The notes: generated from the sequence alone by a model not told the origin. A stretch of 64,000 nucleotides of DNA from an uncultured Bacteroidaceae bacterium (GCA_944320965.1 CALUJO010000001.1:11458-75457); one strand, 5' to 3'; shown: positions 37,413-45,806, counted from the first letter of the stretch. Program-made: numbers and translations.

Positions 37413-38355
37413 TTAATGTTTGATCAAATTTAATAGACTCATATGCCAAGCTTTCATCATCTCCTTTTTTCATAATTGTACAAAGAAATGCTTGCATATT
37501 ACTATATCCTACGATATAACTATTTTTTGTGTTTTTCGCTTTAACAAAATAAACTCTCTCAATATCAAATAAAGTATTTACTAAATGATTATATATTATT
37601 GTATATGCATATTCTAAAGTACAATCAATAGATGTTGATTCGTTCATCATACATTGTAAATACACATTTCGTAAATCTATGTCTTCAACATTAGAAACCA
37701 TTATTCCATCATCTTTTGAATAAAAAGAATTATCTGGAAAAATAAAAGTAGTAGTAATTTTCTCAAATTCTGAAGAGTTTATCCATTCACCCAAATCAGA
37801 AAAAGATTTTTCATCATTATAAACAGAATACAATTCATTAATATGTTCTTTAGTTGCATAGAAATCTCCAACCAAGGCATCTCCCATCTTTTCCCTAATA
37901 TCATCAAAAGAGTTTTCTATTTGTTTTACTTTCTGATTCAAAGAATTGATTTTTTCTTGATATATATCATCATAAGATTTACCTAAAAATGGCTGTAAAT
38001 CACTTATCATTCCATCAAATATCATATCCGCGTTATAAACTTTATTATATTCTTTTTCATATTGTTCTTTTATAAAGTATGCAGATTCTTCTAACTGAGG
38101 ACAGTAATTTTCATTCCATAGTTCAATTATCCTTTCATTTACCAATTCTCCGCACATTTCTCCAATGAGAATAGAATCAATTTTTTCTTTTTGTTCTTTA
38201 GTTGGATAAAAATTACACCCACAGACAAAGAATGTTAATACTATGAATAATAGAGGTTTTAAATAATATTTACATAATAGATTTCTAAAATGTGAACTTA
38301 AATACATAAGTGATGATTTCTTTGAAACTGTCACCCCAAAAATCAAATTTTTCAT
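37396..38355 (-). CDS. hypothetical lipoprotein, island gene 1
   Basis: The n-region has K/R residues, the h-region is LLFIVLTFFV, and the lipobox is VCGC. A helical/coiled segment (QEKINSLNQKVKQIENSFDDIREKMG) is followed by a beta-rich C-terminus. No recognised family. Confidence 0.55.
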   Translation of the reverse strand: MKNLIFGVTVSKKSSLMYLSSHFRNLLCKYYLKPLLFIVLTFFVCGCNFYPTKEQKEKIDSILIGEMCGELVNERIIELWNENYCPQLEESAYFIKEQYEKEYNKVYNADMIFDGMISDLQPFLGKSYDDIYQEKINSLNQKVKQIENSFDDIREKMGDALVGDFYATKEHINELYSVYNDEKSFSDLGEWINSSEFEKITTTFIFPDNSFYSKDDGIMVSNVEDIDLRNVYLQCMMNESTSIDCTLEYAYTIIYNHLVNTLFDIERVYFVKAKNTKNSYIVGYSNMQAFLCTIMKKGDDESLAYESIKFDQTLIGQGI

Positions 38356-38409
38356 ATTGTATTAAATTTTATGATTCTTTGTGCCTAAGAATCGAATATT
38401 TATATGAAG

Positions 38410-38616
38410 AAGCGTGGCACTACTATGCCATGTTCTGATTTGGAGGTCGTAGGAAAAAACCTTTAGCACGAATATGGAAATAGCAGCCCACGCTATAGCA
38501 TGAGAAACCACTATGCCATCCTTGTGCTAAATTTGAAAGTTTCCTACGTTTCCAAATCACAAGATAAGCATAACACTTCTTGTTATAAACAAATTAAAGA
38601 ATGAACATCTTCATTC
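38410..38616 (-). ncRNA. candidate structured 5' leader or ncRNA of the island operon
   Basis: Nested long-range helices: 38436-44/38551-59 and 38448-56/38540-48 (9 bp each), then 38462-71/38522-31 (10 bp) and 38474-77/38516-19. Local hairpins lie at 38414-31, 38480-96 and 38373-92. G+C is locally higher than in the surroundings. Strand is assigned from the promoter box at 38623-30. Confidence 0.3.
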
Positions 38617-38622
38617 AGACTA

Positions 38623-38630
38623 CAAATATA
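38623..38630 (-). promoter_or_regulatory. -7 promoter box for the AT-rich four-gene island operon
   Basis: The minus strand reads TATATTTG, a perfect consensus. It lies 268 nt upstream of the first island ATG (38355), implying a long leader. Confidence 0.4.
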
Positions 38631-38691
38631 ATCAAGATATATAATATTCCAAAGTTTACTATTTATATAACTATCATTACCATAACATTAT

Positions 38692-38699
38692 TATCTTTG
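38692..38699 (+). promoter_or_regulatory. -7 promoter box for the Crp/Fnr-family gene
   Basis: TATCTTTG, 101 nt upstream of the ATG at 38800. It is divergent from the island promoter. Confidence 0.4.
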
Positions 38700-38799
38700 T
38701 TAAATAATCAACTTGAATTTAATTAATATATATTCATCCTATCTATAATACTTATATAGTAACAAATTAAAATCTCTTATCAATTATAATATCAGAAAC

Positions 38800-39384
38800 A
38801 TGCAAAATATAATAAAGAAAATACGTCAATATTATCCTGTATCAGACAAATCCATTGAGGAACTTTTCTCCGGAATGAAACAGGTGTTTTATCCCAAGCA
38901 CCATATTCTGATTGAGGGAGGAAAGAAAAGCGGCAATGTGTTTTTCATTGAAAACGGATTCAGCCGTTCATACTGTCTGATAAACGGCGAAGAGGTAACA
39001 ACATGGTTCTCAAGAGAAGGCGACATAACGTTTGCCCTTAATGATTTGTATCACAATACAGCAGGATTTGAGTTTGTTGAACTGCTTGAAAATTCCGAAC
39101 TGTTTGTCATTTCAACAGAAAAACTCAACAGACTGTGTGAAACAAACATTGAAATAGCAAACTGGTCAAGGGTATGCCACCAGGAATGCCTGCTTAAATT
39201 GCAGCTGACAAGAATAGACAGGCTTACACTGTCGGCACAGGAAAGATACGAGAAACTTGTTCTTGAACAACCAGATATTCTGCAAAGAGCCAATCTTGGA
39301 CATCTTGCATCCTATCTGGGAATGACACAACCAAGCCTCAGCAAAATAAGGGCAAAGAAACAAACAGGCAAAATCAACCCATAA
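38800..39384 (+). CDS. Crp/Fnr family transcriptional regulator
   Basis: The N-terminal cNMP-binding-like beta-roll (VFFIENGFSRSY) is followed by a C-terminal HTH (LGHLASYLGMTQPSLSKIRAK). Confidence 0.75.
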   Translation: MQNIIKKIRQYYPVSDKSIEELFSGMKQVFYPKHHILIEGGKKSGNVFFIENGFSRSYCLINGEEVTTWFSREGDITFALNDLYHNTAGFEFVELLENSELFVISTEKLNRLCETNIEIANWSRVCHQECLLKLQLTRIDRLTLSAQERYEKLVLEQPDILQRANLGHLASYLGMTQPSLSKIRAKKQTGKINP

Positions 39385-40498
39385 TCCATTTACCGAAACT
39401 GCCTGTCCGACGAACTGCAGCAACAAATCCCCATGTAACAGCCAGCAAAAGAACAGAGCTGACAATCATTTTAAGCATCGTATGTATCGGAAGTGACCCG
39501 ACAAACATATAACATGGACCAAGAAACATATAGTGTGACATCCATATTCCGAGCGTACACTTTGACAAACTCTCAACAGCACTGCCGGATACTGAACCGA
39601 CTGATTTTATATTTTGTATCAAAAGAAATACAGGCAAAGCCATAAACAAAACATTGGGACTGCAATATGTATAGAAAAGTTCAACAAGCTCTACAGGCTG
39701 TCCCGGTACGGATGTTATGCTTTTAAAACCGAAAAATGTCACACAATACCCTGCTGCAAACATAATTACAGACAATACATACATCAGAGTACGACTTATT
39801 CTGAACTTATGATGCGTCAAATAATAGCCTAAAAGAAGGTAACCGTTGAATCCGGCAAAATAGTAAAGCATTCCAAATTCATTCCACGAACATGTTCCCC
39901 ACAAATCATTTGTCAGATACTGGCGTATATAGGGAATGAAAAGCGTGACGAACCATATTATCAGAAAAAATCTTTGTTCCTTTTCCGACGCACGGCTTAC
40001 CCAGGCAGAGAATATGGGCAAATAAAGATAAAGGCCTATCAGAAGATAGACATACCACATCTGTATGGCAAAAGACGAAAAATTGAAAGGTATCATTGCT
40101 ATATTGTGCAAAGCATCACCAAGCTCCTGTGAAGGCTCTGCCCAGGCAAAGAAATCGTTTATTACGGAAGGGGAAAATCCCAAAACACCAGTTATCCAAG
40201 GAAACAGATTGTATAGAACCGACCAGAAAAGAAACGGTACTACAACGCGCAAAAGACGTTTTTTATAAAAAGTATGCATATCCTGACGGACAGGCAAAAG
40301 CAAAGCTCCGGTCACCATAACAAACAAAGGAATAGCTGGACGCATAAATGAACCGTAAAGGCTTCCCCATAGGTTATACCAAGGTTCAAAACGCTCGGCA
40401 GGAGTTACGTTATCGGTACAATGAACAGCAATCATCATAAAAACCGCTATTACCTTTATCAAATCAAGCCATAAGATTCGCCTGTTAACTTTTTCCAT
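39374..40498 (-). CDS. acyltransferase 3 family membrane protein (O-acyltransferase)
   Basis: Start is set at Met 40498 (MEKVNRRILWLDLIKVIAVFMMIAVHC...), the typical Acyl_transf_3 N-terminus. It has about 10 TM helices. Confidence 0.75.
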   Translation of the reverse strand: MEKVNRRILWLDLIKVIAVFMMIAVHCTDNVTPAERFEPWYNLWGSLYGSFMRPAIPLFVMVTGALLLPVRQDMHTFYKKRLLRVVVPFLFWSVLYNLFPWITGVLGFSPSVINDFFAWAEPSQELGDALHNIAMIPFNFSSFAIQMWYVYLLIGLYLYLPIFSAWVSRASEKEQRFFLIIWFVTLFIPYIRQYLTNDLWGTCSWNEFGMLYYFAGFNGYLLLGYYLTHHKFRISRTLMYVLSVIMFAAGYCVTFFGFKSITSVPGQPVELVELFYTYCSPNVLFMALPVFLLIQNIKSVGSVSGSAVESLSKCTLGIWMSHYMFLGPCYMFVGSLPIHTMLKMIVSSVLLLAVTWGFVAAVRRTGSFGKWIMG

Positions 40499-40613
40499 AT
40501 TAAACTCATCTTTTTGTTTAAACCAGAGCAAAAATATAATATGCTTGTGAGAAAAAATTTAACTTAAGCAAAAAAAGATTTTGGTTTACTATTTTGTTAT
40601 TATCAAGATTCAC

Positions 40614-40621
40614 TATATTTG
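40614..40621 (+). promoter_or_regulatory. -7 promoter box upstream of the structured RNA and lipoprotein gene
   Basis: TATATTTG, 345 nt upstream of the ATG at 40966. Confidence 0.35.
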
Positions 40622-40794
40622 CAACAATCCCAATTGGGATATATATAATTAAAAGGCGTTTACTAAACGCTTTGTTTTGGCTGCTTGAAACTTCGCACAC
40701 TTCAAATCCCGTCAAAAACAAAGCAACGGTAGATGTTCATTTTGCGTATACATTAATTCTGTCATATCTTATGATAGAAATATTCTGTATATAC

Positions 40795-40891
40795 AGACGT
40801 GGACTTCTTTGCGTTGCTCGTTTTGATGGGATGGGCAATGCGAAGGCCTCAAGCAGTGAAACGGGTAAACAGTAATAGAGTTTCCACGTCT
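40795..40891 (+). ncRNA. candidate riboswitch-like structured RNA (class unknown)
   Basis: A perfect 9-bp closing helix, AGACGTGGA (40795-803) with TCCACGTCT (40883-91), is followed by a T-run. An inner 9-bp helix at 40809-17/40835-43 has two G-U pairs that form only on the plus strand, with a 17-nt loop TCGTTTTGATGGGATGG. Confidence 0.3.
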
Positions 40892-40965
40892 TCTTTTTAT
40901 ATATCAATCACTATTGTTTTTAATCTTTGTTATGGAAACTCAGCAAAGTCTTAAATTTTATAGTT

Positions 40966-41763
40966 ATGAAAAGATTTATTGATTTGTGCCTGTACATGGC
41001 ATTTATCGTTTTCGCCTCATTCATGTTAACCGCCTGTGAAAAAGACAATGAACCATCAAAAGGAAAAGGTGGAAACACAACATCGACTGGAAATGTTCCC
41101 GACCCCGAAGGTACAATAAATGTCTCAATGAGAAATGGAAACAGCAAAGAAGCGACAAAAATTGACACTCAATTCTTTATTGATTATGACAATAATTTCT
41201 CAAGCTATACTTCTGAAAGATGTTCTTTTGCGTGTGTTGGAAAAGTAAACGGATTAGGAAACATAACAGGAATACCAACTAGTGGTTGGGCAACAAAAGT
41301 GGCAGTAGAACCTGGTAATGGATATGTTGTTCGTCATTTCTATAAATATGGTCATTGCTATTATTATCGCCTATATGTTGAAGATTATATTCTTAATACA
41401 TCCGGCGGTATAATCGGCGCAAAAGTAAAATACCAGACTCCGTTCAAAGGCAAAGATGTTGAAATAAAACTGGATTTGGAAGATAGCAGGTTTGATGTTG
41501 TTGATGACGAAATTTATTTTTATATGAACAGCGGGATAGAATATATATATTTCAAAGATTTCAATGATATAGTTTATTTTGATGTAGAAATCGAAAACAG
41601 TAAAAATATATTAGCATTTCAGGAATCATCAAAAACAAACCATCCAAGTGACGGCATCTTTTTAGATGCTTCTTATAGTTATTTACCAGCATCTGGAACA
41701 GTAGTAATTACAACAGCTTATGGAAAAGAAACAAGATTCCATATTTTAGACCGTAGATATTAA
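40966..41763 (+). CDS. hypothetical lipoprotein
   Basis: Start is set at Met 40966 (MKRFIDLCLYMAFIVFASFMLTACEKD), a lipoprotein signal. A G/N/T/S-rich linker is followed by a beta-rich domain. No recognised family. Confidence 0.55.
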   Translation: MKRFIDLCLYMAFIVFASFMLTACEKDNEPSKGKGGNTTSTGNVPDPEGTINVSMRNGNSKEATKIDTQFFIDYDNNFSSYTSERCSFACVGKVNGLGNITGIPTSGWATKVAVEPGNGYVVRHFYKYGHCYYYRLYVEDYILNTSGGIIGAKVKYQTPFKGKDVEIKLDLEDSRFDVVDDEIYFYMNSGIEYIYFKDFNDIVYFDVEIENSKNILAFQESSKTNHPSDGIFLDASYSYLPASGTVVITTAYGKETRFHILDRRY

Positions 41764-41980
41764 TTCAGCCTTCTTTTTATAGAAAAATCAATCAAACCAT
41801 ATTTAAAATATTCCATAAAAGACATAAAACATTTTACGGGAATAGGATATCTTTAAAAAGATGATAGATATAAACACTAAAAATATCAGACATTTTTGGT
41901 ATTGATGTAGTATATAAATTTCATTTATTTCCTATTGTTTTTTTGGATAAATACAAAGGACATTTCAGAAAAATATAGAA

Positions 41981-42017
41981 AAAAGCCGGAATCAGTCAAA
42001 TGTGATTCCGGCTTTTT
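41981..42017. terminator. bidirectional terminator between lipoprotein gene and aqpZ
   Basis: Stem AAAAGCCGGAATCA/TGATTCCGGCTTTT with flanking A and T runs. Confidence 0.7.
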
Positions 42018-42048
42018 ATAAATAAAAATACCAAACAATTATTTGTTA

Positions 42049-42735
42049 TTATTTTTCTGATTCAAATATCCTCCAGACAATTGCACTCAAAGCTGCACCA
42101 ACCATTGGGGCAACAATGAAAAGCCATAACTGTGAAAGTGCATCTCCGCCTTCAAACAATGCAGGACCTATGCTTCTTGCCGGATTAACTGATGTTCCTG
42201 TAATAGGAATACATACAATATGAATCAGAACAAGTGTAAGACCTATTGCAAGTCCTCCCATTGAACCTGCACCTTTCTTTGAATCGGTTGCTCCTAGAAC
42301 AACAAGCACAAAGATAAATGTAAACAGCATTTCGGCAAGAAATGCCTGTCCCATCATACCTTCTTTAAAACTGTTTGAACCTGTTACAGTAGGACCTGCA
42401 TGATCACCAAGGGAAACAAGCGCATAAAGAAAAGCTGATCCTATTATAGCACCTATTACCTGGAAAAGCATATACATCCCGGCTTCTTTTCCTTTCATTC
42501 TGCCAGACAAAAATACCCCGAATGTTATTGCAGGATTAATATGGCATCCGGAAACATTTCCGATTGTATAAGCCATTGCAACTACGGCAAGACCAAAAGC
42601 CAATGCCACACCAATTGTTCCTACTCCCGCTCCGACAGCTTCCCCTGCACTGCCGGCAAAGATTGCGCTCCCGCAACCCATAATGACAAGAACCATTGTC
42701 CCTATCATTTCTGCAATATACTTTTTCATAAGCAA
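42049..42735 (-). CDS. aqpZ: aquaporin Z
   Basis: Two NPA boxes (HINPAITF and SVNPARSIG) and six TM helices. Confidence 0.9.
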   Translation of the reverse strand: MLMKKYIAEMIGTMVLVIMGCGSAIFAGSAGEAVGAGVGTIGVALAFGLAVVAMAYTIGNVSGCHINPAITFGVFLSGRMKGKEAGMYMLFQVIGAIIGSAFLYALVSLGDHAGPTVTGSNSFKEGMMGQAFLAEMLFTFIFVLVVLGATDSKKGAGSMGGLAIGLTLVLIHIVCIPITGTSVNPARSIGPALFEGGDALSQLWLFIVAPMVGAALSAIVWRIFESEK

Positions 42736-43095
42736 GATTTTTAATTCCCTAAAATATACTAATAATCACAGACTTGCATAAAAAAGTCTTTTATTGAAAC
42801 ATATAATTTAAGTTTATTTACACGTGTAAAGGAATTTATAACTTTATTTACCTATATGACAAAAATTAATGGCAAACACAATTTACAAAAACAATAATAG
42901 CAACCTGCTTTCAGGCTGCTATTATGAGAAAACTAAAAACTAAACTAAATTCATATTGATTTACCTGTCTTTCGCCAAAGAGCAAGTTGTACAATACTAG
43001 TATGAAAATATAAAATATTTACTTTATACTTCTAAGACTAATATGAAGACAAAAGGTTTAATCAAGTCCTGTAAAAAACCTTATTTTAACATTTA

Positions 43096-43785
43096 TTATT
43101 GATTTACCCTCTTCCAGAAAGCCAGAATATCCTTGTATAAGCCGAAACATATTATTTTATCTCCGGGATTCAATACATATTCAACATCGGTTTCATCAAT
43201 CACATCATAATTTGTTTCGGATATGCCAAGAAAATTCTTGCTTATTTTCTGTCCCATCACTGCAACTATTTTCAAATTGAAGTTTTCTGCCAGATTCAAT
43301 TTGTCCAGTGTATTTCCGGCAAGCGATTCCGAAACATTGAACTTGATTACATAATGTCTGTCGTCTATCTTATAGATTTCATTCTCAGTATCATTCTTTA
43401 TCGCAAGAACGGTCTTGCGTGCCGCATCCTCCTCTGGTGTAAGAATCTTGTCTATACTGAATCCTTTCAAAATGGAATTGTGTATTTCGTCAATAGAACG
43501 TGCATAGATATGCTTCACATTCTTCTGCTTCAAAAGCGCAACAACACGTATTGAAGCCCCGAATTCGCCTATTGCAACAATAACAACATCAACACTTGAA
43601 AGCGGAAGTATGTCCAGAGCCTGCTCGTCTGTCGCATCAAGAACAAAAGATGTGGCAATCTTGTCTTTAACAAGTTCAACACGTGCAGGGTCAATATCGG
43701 TACCTACAACCTCATGTCCCAGTTCTGACAACTGTTCGGCAAGAACTTTTCCATAATTACCCAAACCTATTACTATGTACTTCAT
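43096..43785 (-). CDS. trkA: TrkA/KtrA-type potassium uptake protein, NAD-binding subunit
   Basis: Rossmann motif MKYIVIGLGNYGKVLAEQL...VVGTDID, plus a TrkA-C-like C-terminus. Confidence 0.8.
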   Translation of the reverse strand: MKYIVIGLGNYGKVLAEQLSELGHEVVGTDIDPARVELVKDKIATSFVLDATDEQALDILPLSSVDVVIVAIGEFGASIRVVALLKQKNVKHIYARSIDEIHNSILKGFSIDKILTPEEDAARKTVLAIKNDTENEIYKIDDRHYVIKFNVSESLAGNTLDKLNLAENFNLKIVAVMGQKISKNFLGISETNYDVIDETDVEYVLNPGDKIICFGLYKDILAFWKRVNQ

Positions 43786-43791
43786 ATATAT

Positions 43792-45612
43792 TTAGTTTAT
43801 TATAATATTATCTGACGGATATTTGTAATTTTGATTGCTTACAGGTTTTATAAAGCTCAGCATAAATGTCAATATACCAACTCTTCCTATAAACATAAGT
43901 ATTATAACCACATACTTTGACATATCACACAACGAAGGAGTAAGGTTCAGACTGGAACCTACCGTATTCACTGCAGAAATACACTCAAATACTATCGCGG
44001 TAAAAGACTTGTCCGGCTCAAGGAAAGTTATGATTGTTATTGCAACAAACAACACAACTATCTGAATCATCATTGTTGCATTTGCTCTTTGTATTGAATC
44101 CTGAGAAATCGTACGCTGAAATGCCTCTACACGATTGCTGTTTTTCAATACTGCTTTCAGGTTAAGCAGAATTACCGCAAAAGCATTTACTTTAAGTCCT
44201 CCGGCAGTTGACTGCGAACCGCCGCCTATGAACATAAGCAGCATTGTTATAAATATAGTCAAAGGCATGAATGTAGTTATATCAACCCCTACAAAACCTG
44301 CCGTTCTCGGAACTACCGCATTGAAAAAAGCCTGTGTCAGTTTGTCGGCAACAGGAAGACCGGCAAATGAATTGTTCCATTCAATCAATGCAATCAGTGC
44401 TGTACCAACAAAAAGCAGTATAAATGTGAACAGCAGTACAATCTTTGTATTAAGATTATAAAGATGCTTTTTATGCTGAATCCTGTAAGGTTTACGTATT
44501 ATCAGATAAAACAGATTTCTTACTTTAAAGAACAATACTTCTTTAAGGTTAACCAATATAGGAAAACCTATACCACCGAAAATGACCAGTCCGGAAATAA
44601 CCAGAAAAAGCATATTATGGTTCTGAAGAACAAGAGGATTGTTAAGATTGTTTTGCAGCGTTGAAAAACCGGCATTGCAAAATGCCGATATTGAATGGAA
44701 TATGGAGAATCCTACCTCTTCCTCAAAACTCATATTCAAAGTATCATGAATGCTTAGCCATATTGCAAAAGCTCCCAAAGCTTCTATAACAACAGTAAAA
44801 AGCAAAATATAAAGCAATGTTGACAGCAATGAATTAAGGGATTTGCTGTTTACCATATCCTTCATAACAATCTGGTTGTATATGGAAGAACCTCCCATAA
44901 AAAATACTGCAAAGAAACTTGTGAAAGTCATTACTCCCAAACCGCCAATCTGGATGAGAAGTATGATGATTGCCTGTCCCAATGTAGTAAATACGGTACT
45001 AACATCAATAGTTGTCAATCCCGTAACACAGACTGCACTGGTGGCTGTAAAAAGGGCATCTATAAAGGATATACCGTTGACAGTTGCCTTAGGTATCATC
45101 AAAAGACCTGTACCAATCAATATTATGACAAAAAAGCTGACGGCAAGTATAAGCGACGGATTTGTCCTTTTACCCAAAAGACGGGTTATTCCAGCCGAAA
45201 GATTCTGGAGCGAAAGCAGCAACAACAAAACCAGCATGAAATAGTGACTGTGCAATATCTTCCAAAGATACATCATATATCCGGATTCAGGGCAATAAAA
45301 TATTACAGGTATTAATGTTGACAGCAAAAGTATATCAAGAATCCACCCGAAATACCGGGTCTCCTGCTTCGTGTTTTCATAGCTCAGCGTAAAATTCACC
45401 CCGAAAGAGACAAGATATACAATCCAAATAGCCTTATAGACCAAATGTAAATCAGCTCTTATTTCATCACTTATTATAAAACCATATTCATAGACAAGTA
45501 ATGCTATAAACAGTAATGATGAAAAATAGGAAACAGCATTAATTATTTTCAATATTAAAGGAAAAACCTTTATATTGTCTTCAAATATATCTTTTGACTT
45601 TTTGCGTATCAT
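43792..45612 (-). CDS. trkH: TrkH/KtrB family potassium transporter, membrane subunit
   Basis: 606-aa polytopic protein with TrkH-type pore-loop motifs (CVTGLT, CNAGFS, PRTAGF, VGSSL). It is adjacent to trkA. Confidence 0.8.
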   Translation of the reverse strand: MIRKKSKDIFEDNIKVFPLILKIINAVSYFSSLLFIALLVYEYGFIISDEIRADLHLVYKAIWIVYLVSFGVNFTLSYENTKQETRYFGWILDILLLSTLIPVIFYCPESGYMMYLWKILHSHYFMLVLLLLLSLQNLSAGITRLLGKRTNPSLILAVSFFVIILIGTGLLMIPKATVNGISFIDALFTATSAVCVTGLTTIDVSTVFTTLGQAIIILLIQIGGLGVMTFTSFFAVFFMGGSSIYNQIVMKDMVNSKSLNSLLSTLLYILLFTVVIEALGAFAIWLSIHDTLNMSFEEEVGFSIFHSISAFCNAGFSTLQNNLNNPLVLQNHNMLFLVISGLVIFGGIGFPILVNLKEVLFFKVRNLFYLIIRKPYRIQHKKHLYNLNTKIVLLFTFILLFVGTALIALIEWNNSFAGLPVADKLTQAFFNAVVPRTAGFVGVDITTFMPLTIFITMLLMFIGGGSQSTAGGLKVNAFAVILLNLKAVLKNSNRVEAFQRTISQDSIQRANATMMIQIVVLFVAITIITFLEPDKSFTAIVFECISAVNTVGSSLNLTPSLCDMSKYVVIILMFIGRVGILTFMLSFIKPVSNQNYKYPSDNIIIN

Positions 45613-45631
45613 TGATTTATATTTTCTTAGA

Positions 45632-45639
45632 CAAAACTA
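45632..45639 (-). promoter_or_regulatory. -7 promoter box for trkH-trkA
   Basis: The minus strand reads TAGTTTTG, 20 nt upstream of the ATG at 45612. Confidence 0.35.
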
Positions 45640-45806
45640 ATCAATAAAGTTTATATGAAGAAATATGATATAGATTATTTTAAATATCACATTCAGAGGA
45701 AAATATTTAATATAATAACGACTATTAATTCACTTTTTATGAAAATAAACATAAACAGATAAGAAAAAATACGTTTTTTTTATTGCATTTATATCATAAA
45801 TTGTCA

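Noticed and set aside
38385-38402. Candidate attR direct repeat of the tRNA-Gln 3' end
   Set aside because: Only about 11 of 15 positions match (AAGAATCGAATATTT versus AAGTTCGAATCTTGG) in AT-rich sequence. That is within chance expectation.
38478-38520. tRNA-like fragment inside the island leader (minus strand reads GGCATAGTGGTTTCTCATGCTATAGCGTGGGCTGC)
   Set aside because: There is only a vague D-loop-like AGTGGT. No acceptor, anticodon or T-arm can be folded, so it is not a tRNA or a recognisable tRNA remnant.
40795-40891. THF-I riboswitch identity, from the GCGTT...GATGGGATG...CGAAG resemblance
   Set aside because: The helix topology does not match what I recall of the THF aptamer. I found no pseudoknot partner for the loop, the host phylum and downstream gene are atypical, and I cannot run a covariance model. 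I kept it only as an unclassified structured RNA.
42736-43095. 360-bp spacer between aqpZ and trkA as a possible regulatory RNA
   Set aside because: It contains only one clear hairpin (about 42895-42925 followed by a T-run on the minus strand). That hairpin is adequately explained as the trkA terminator, and I saw nothing else structured.
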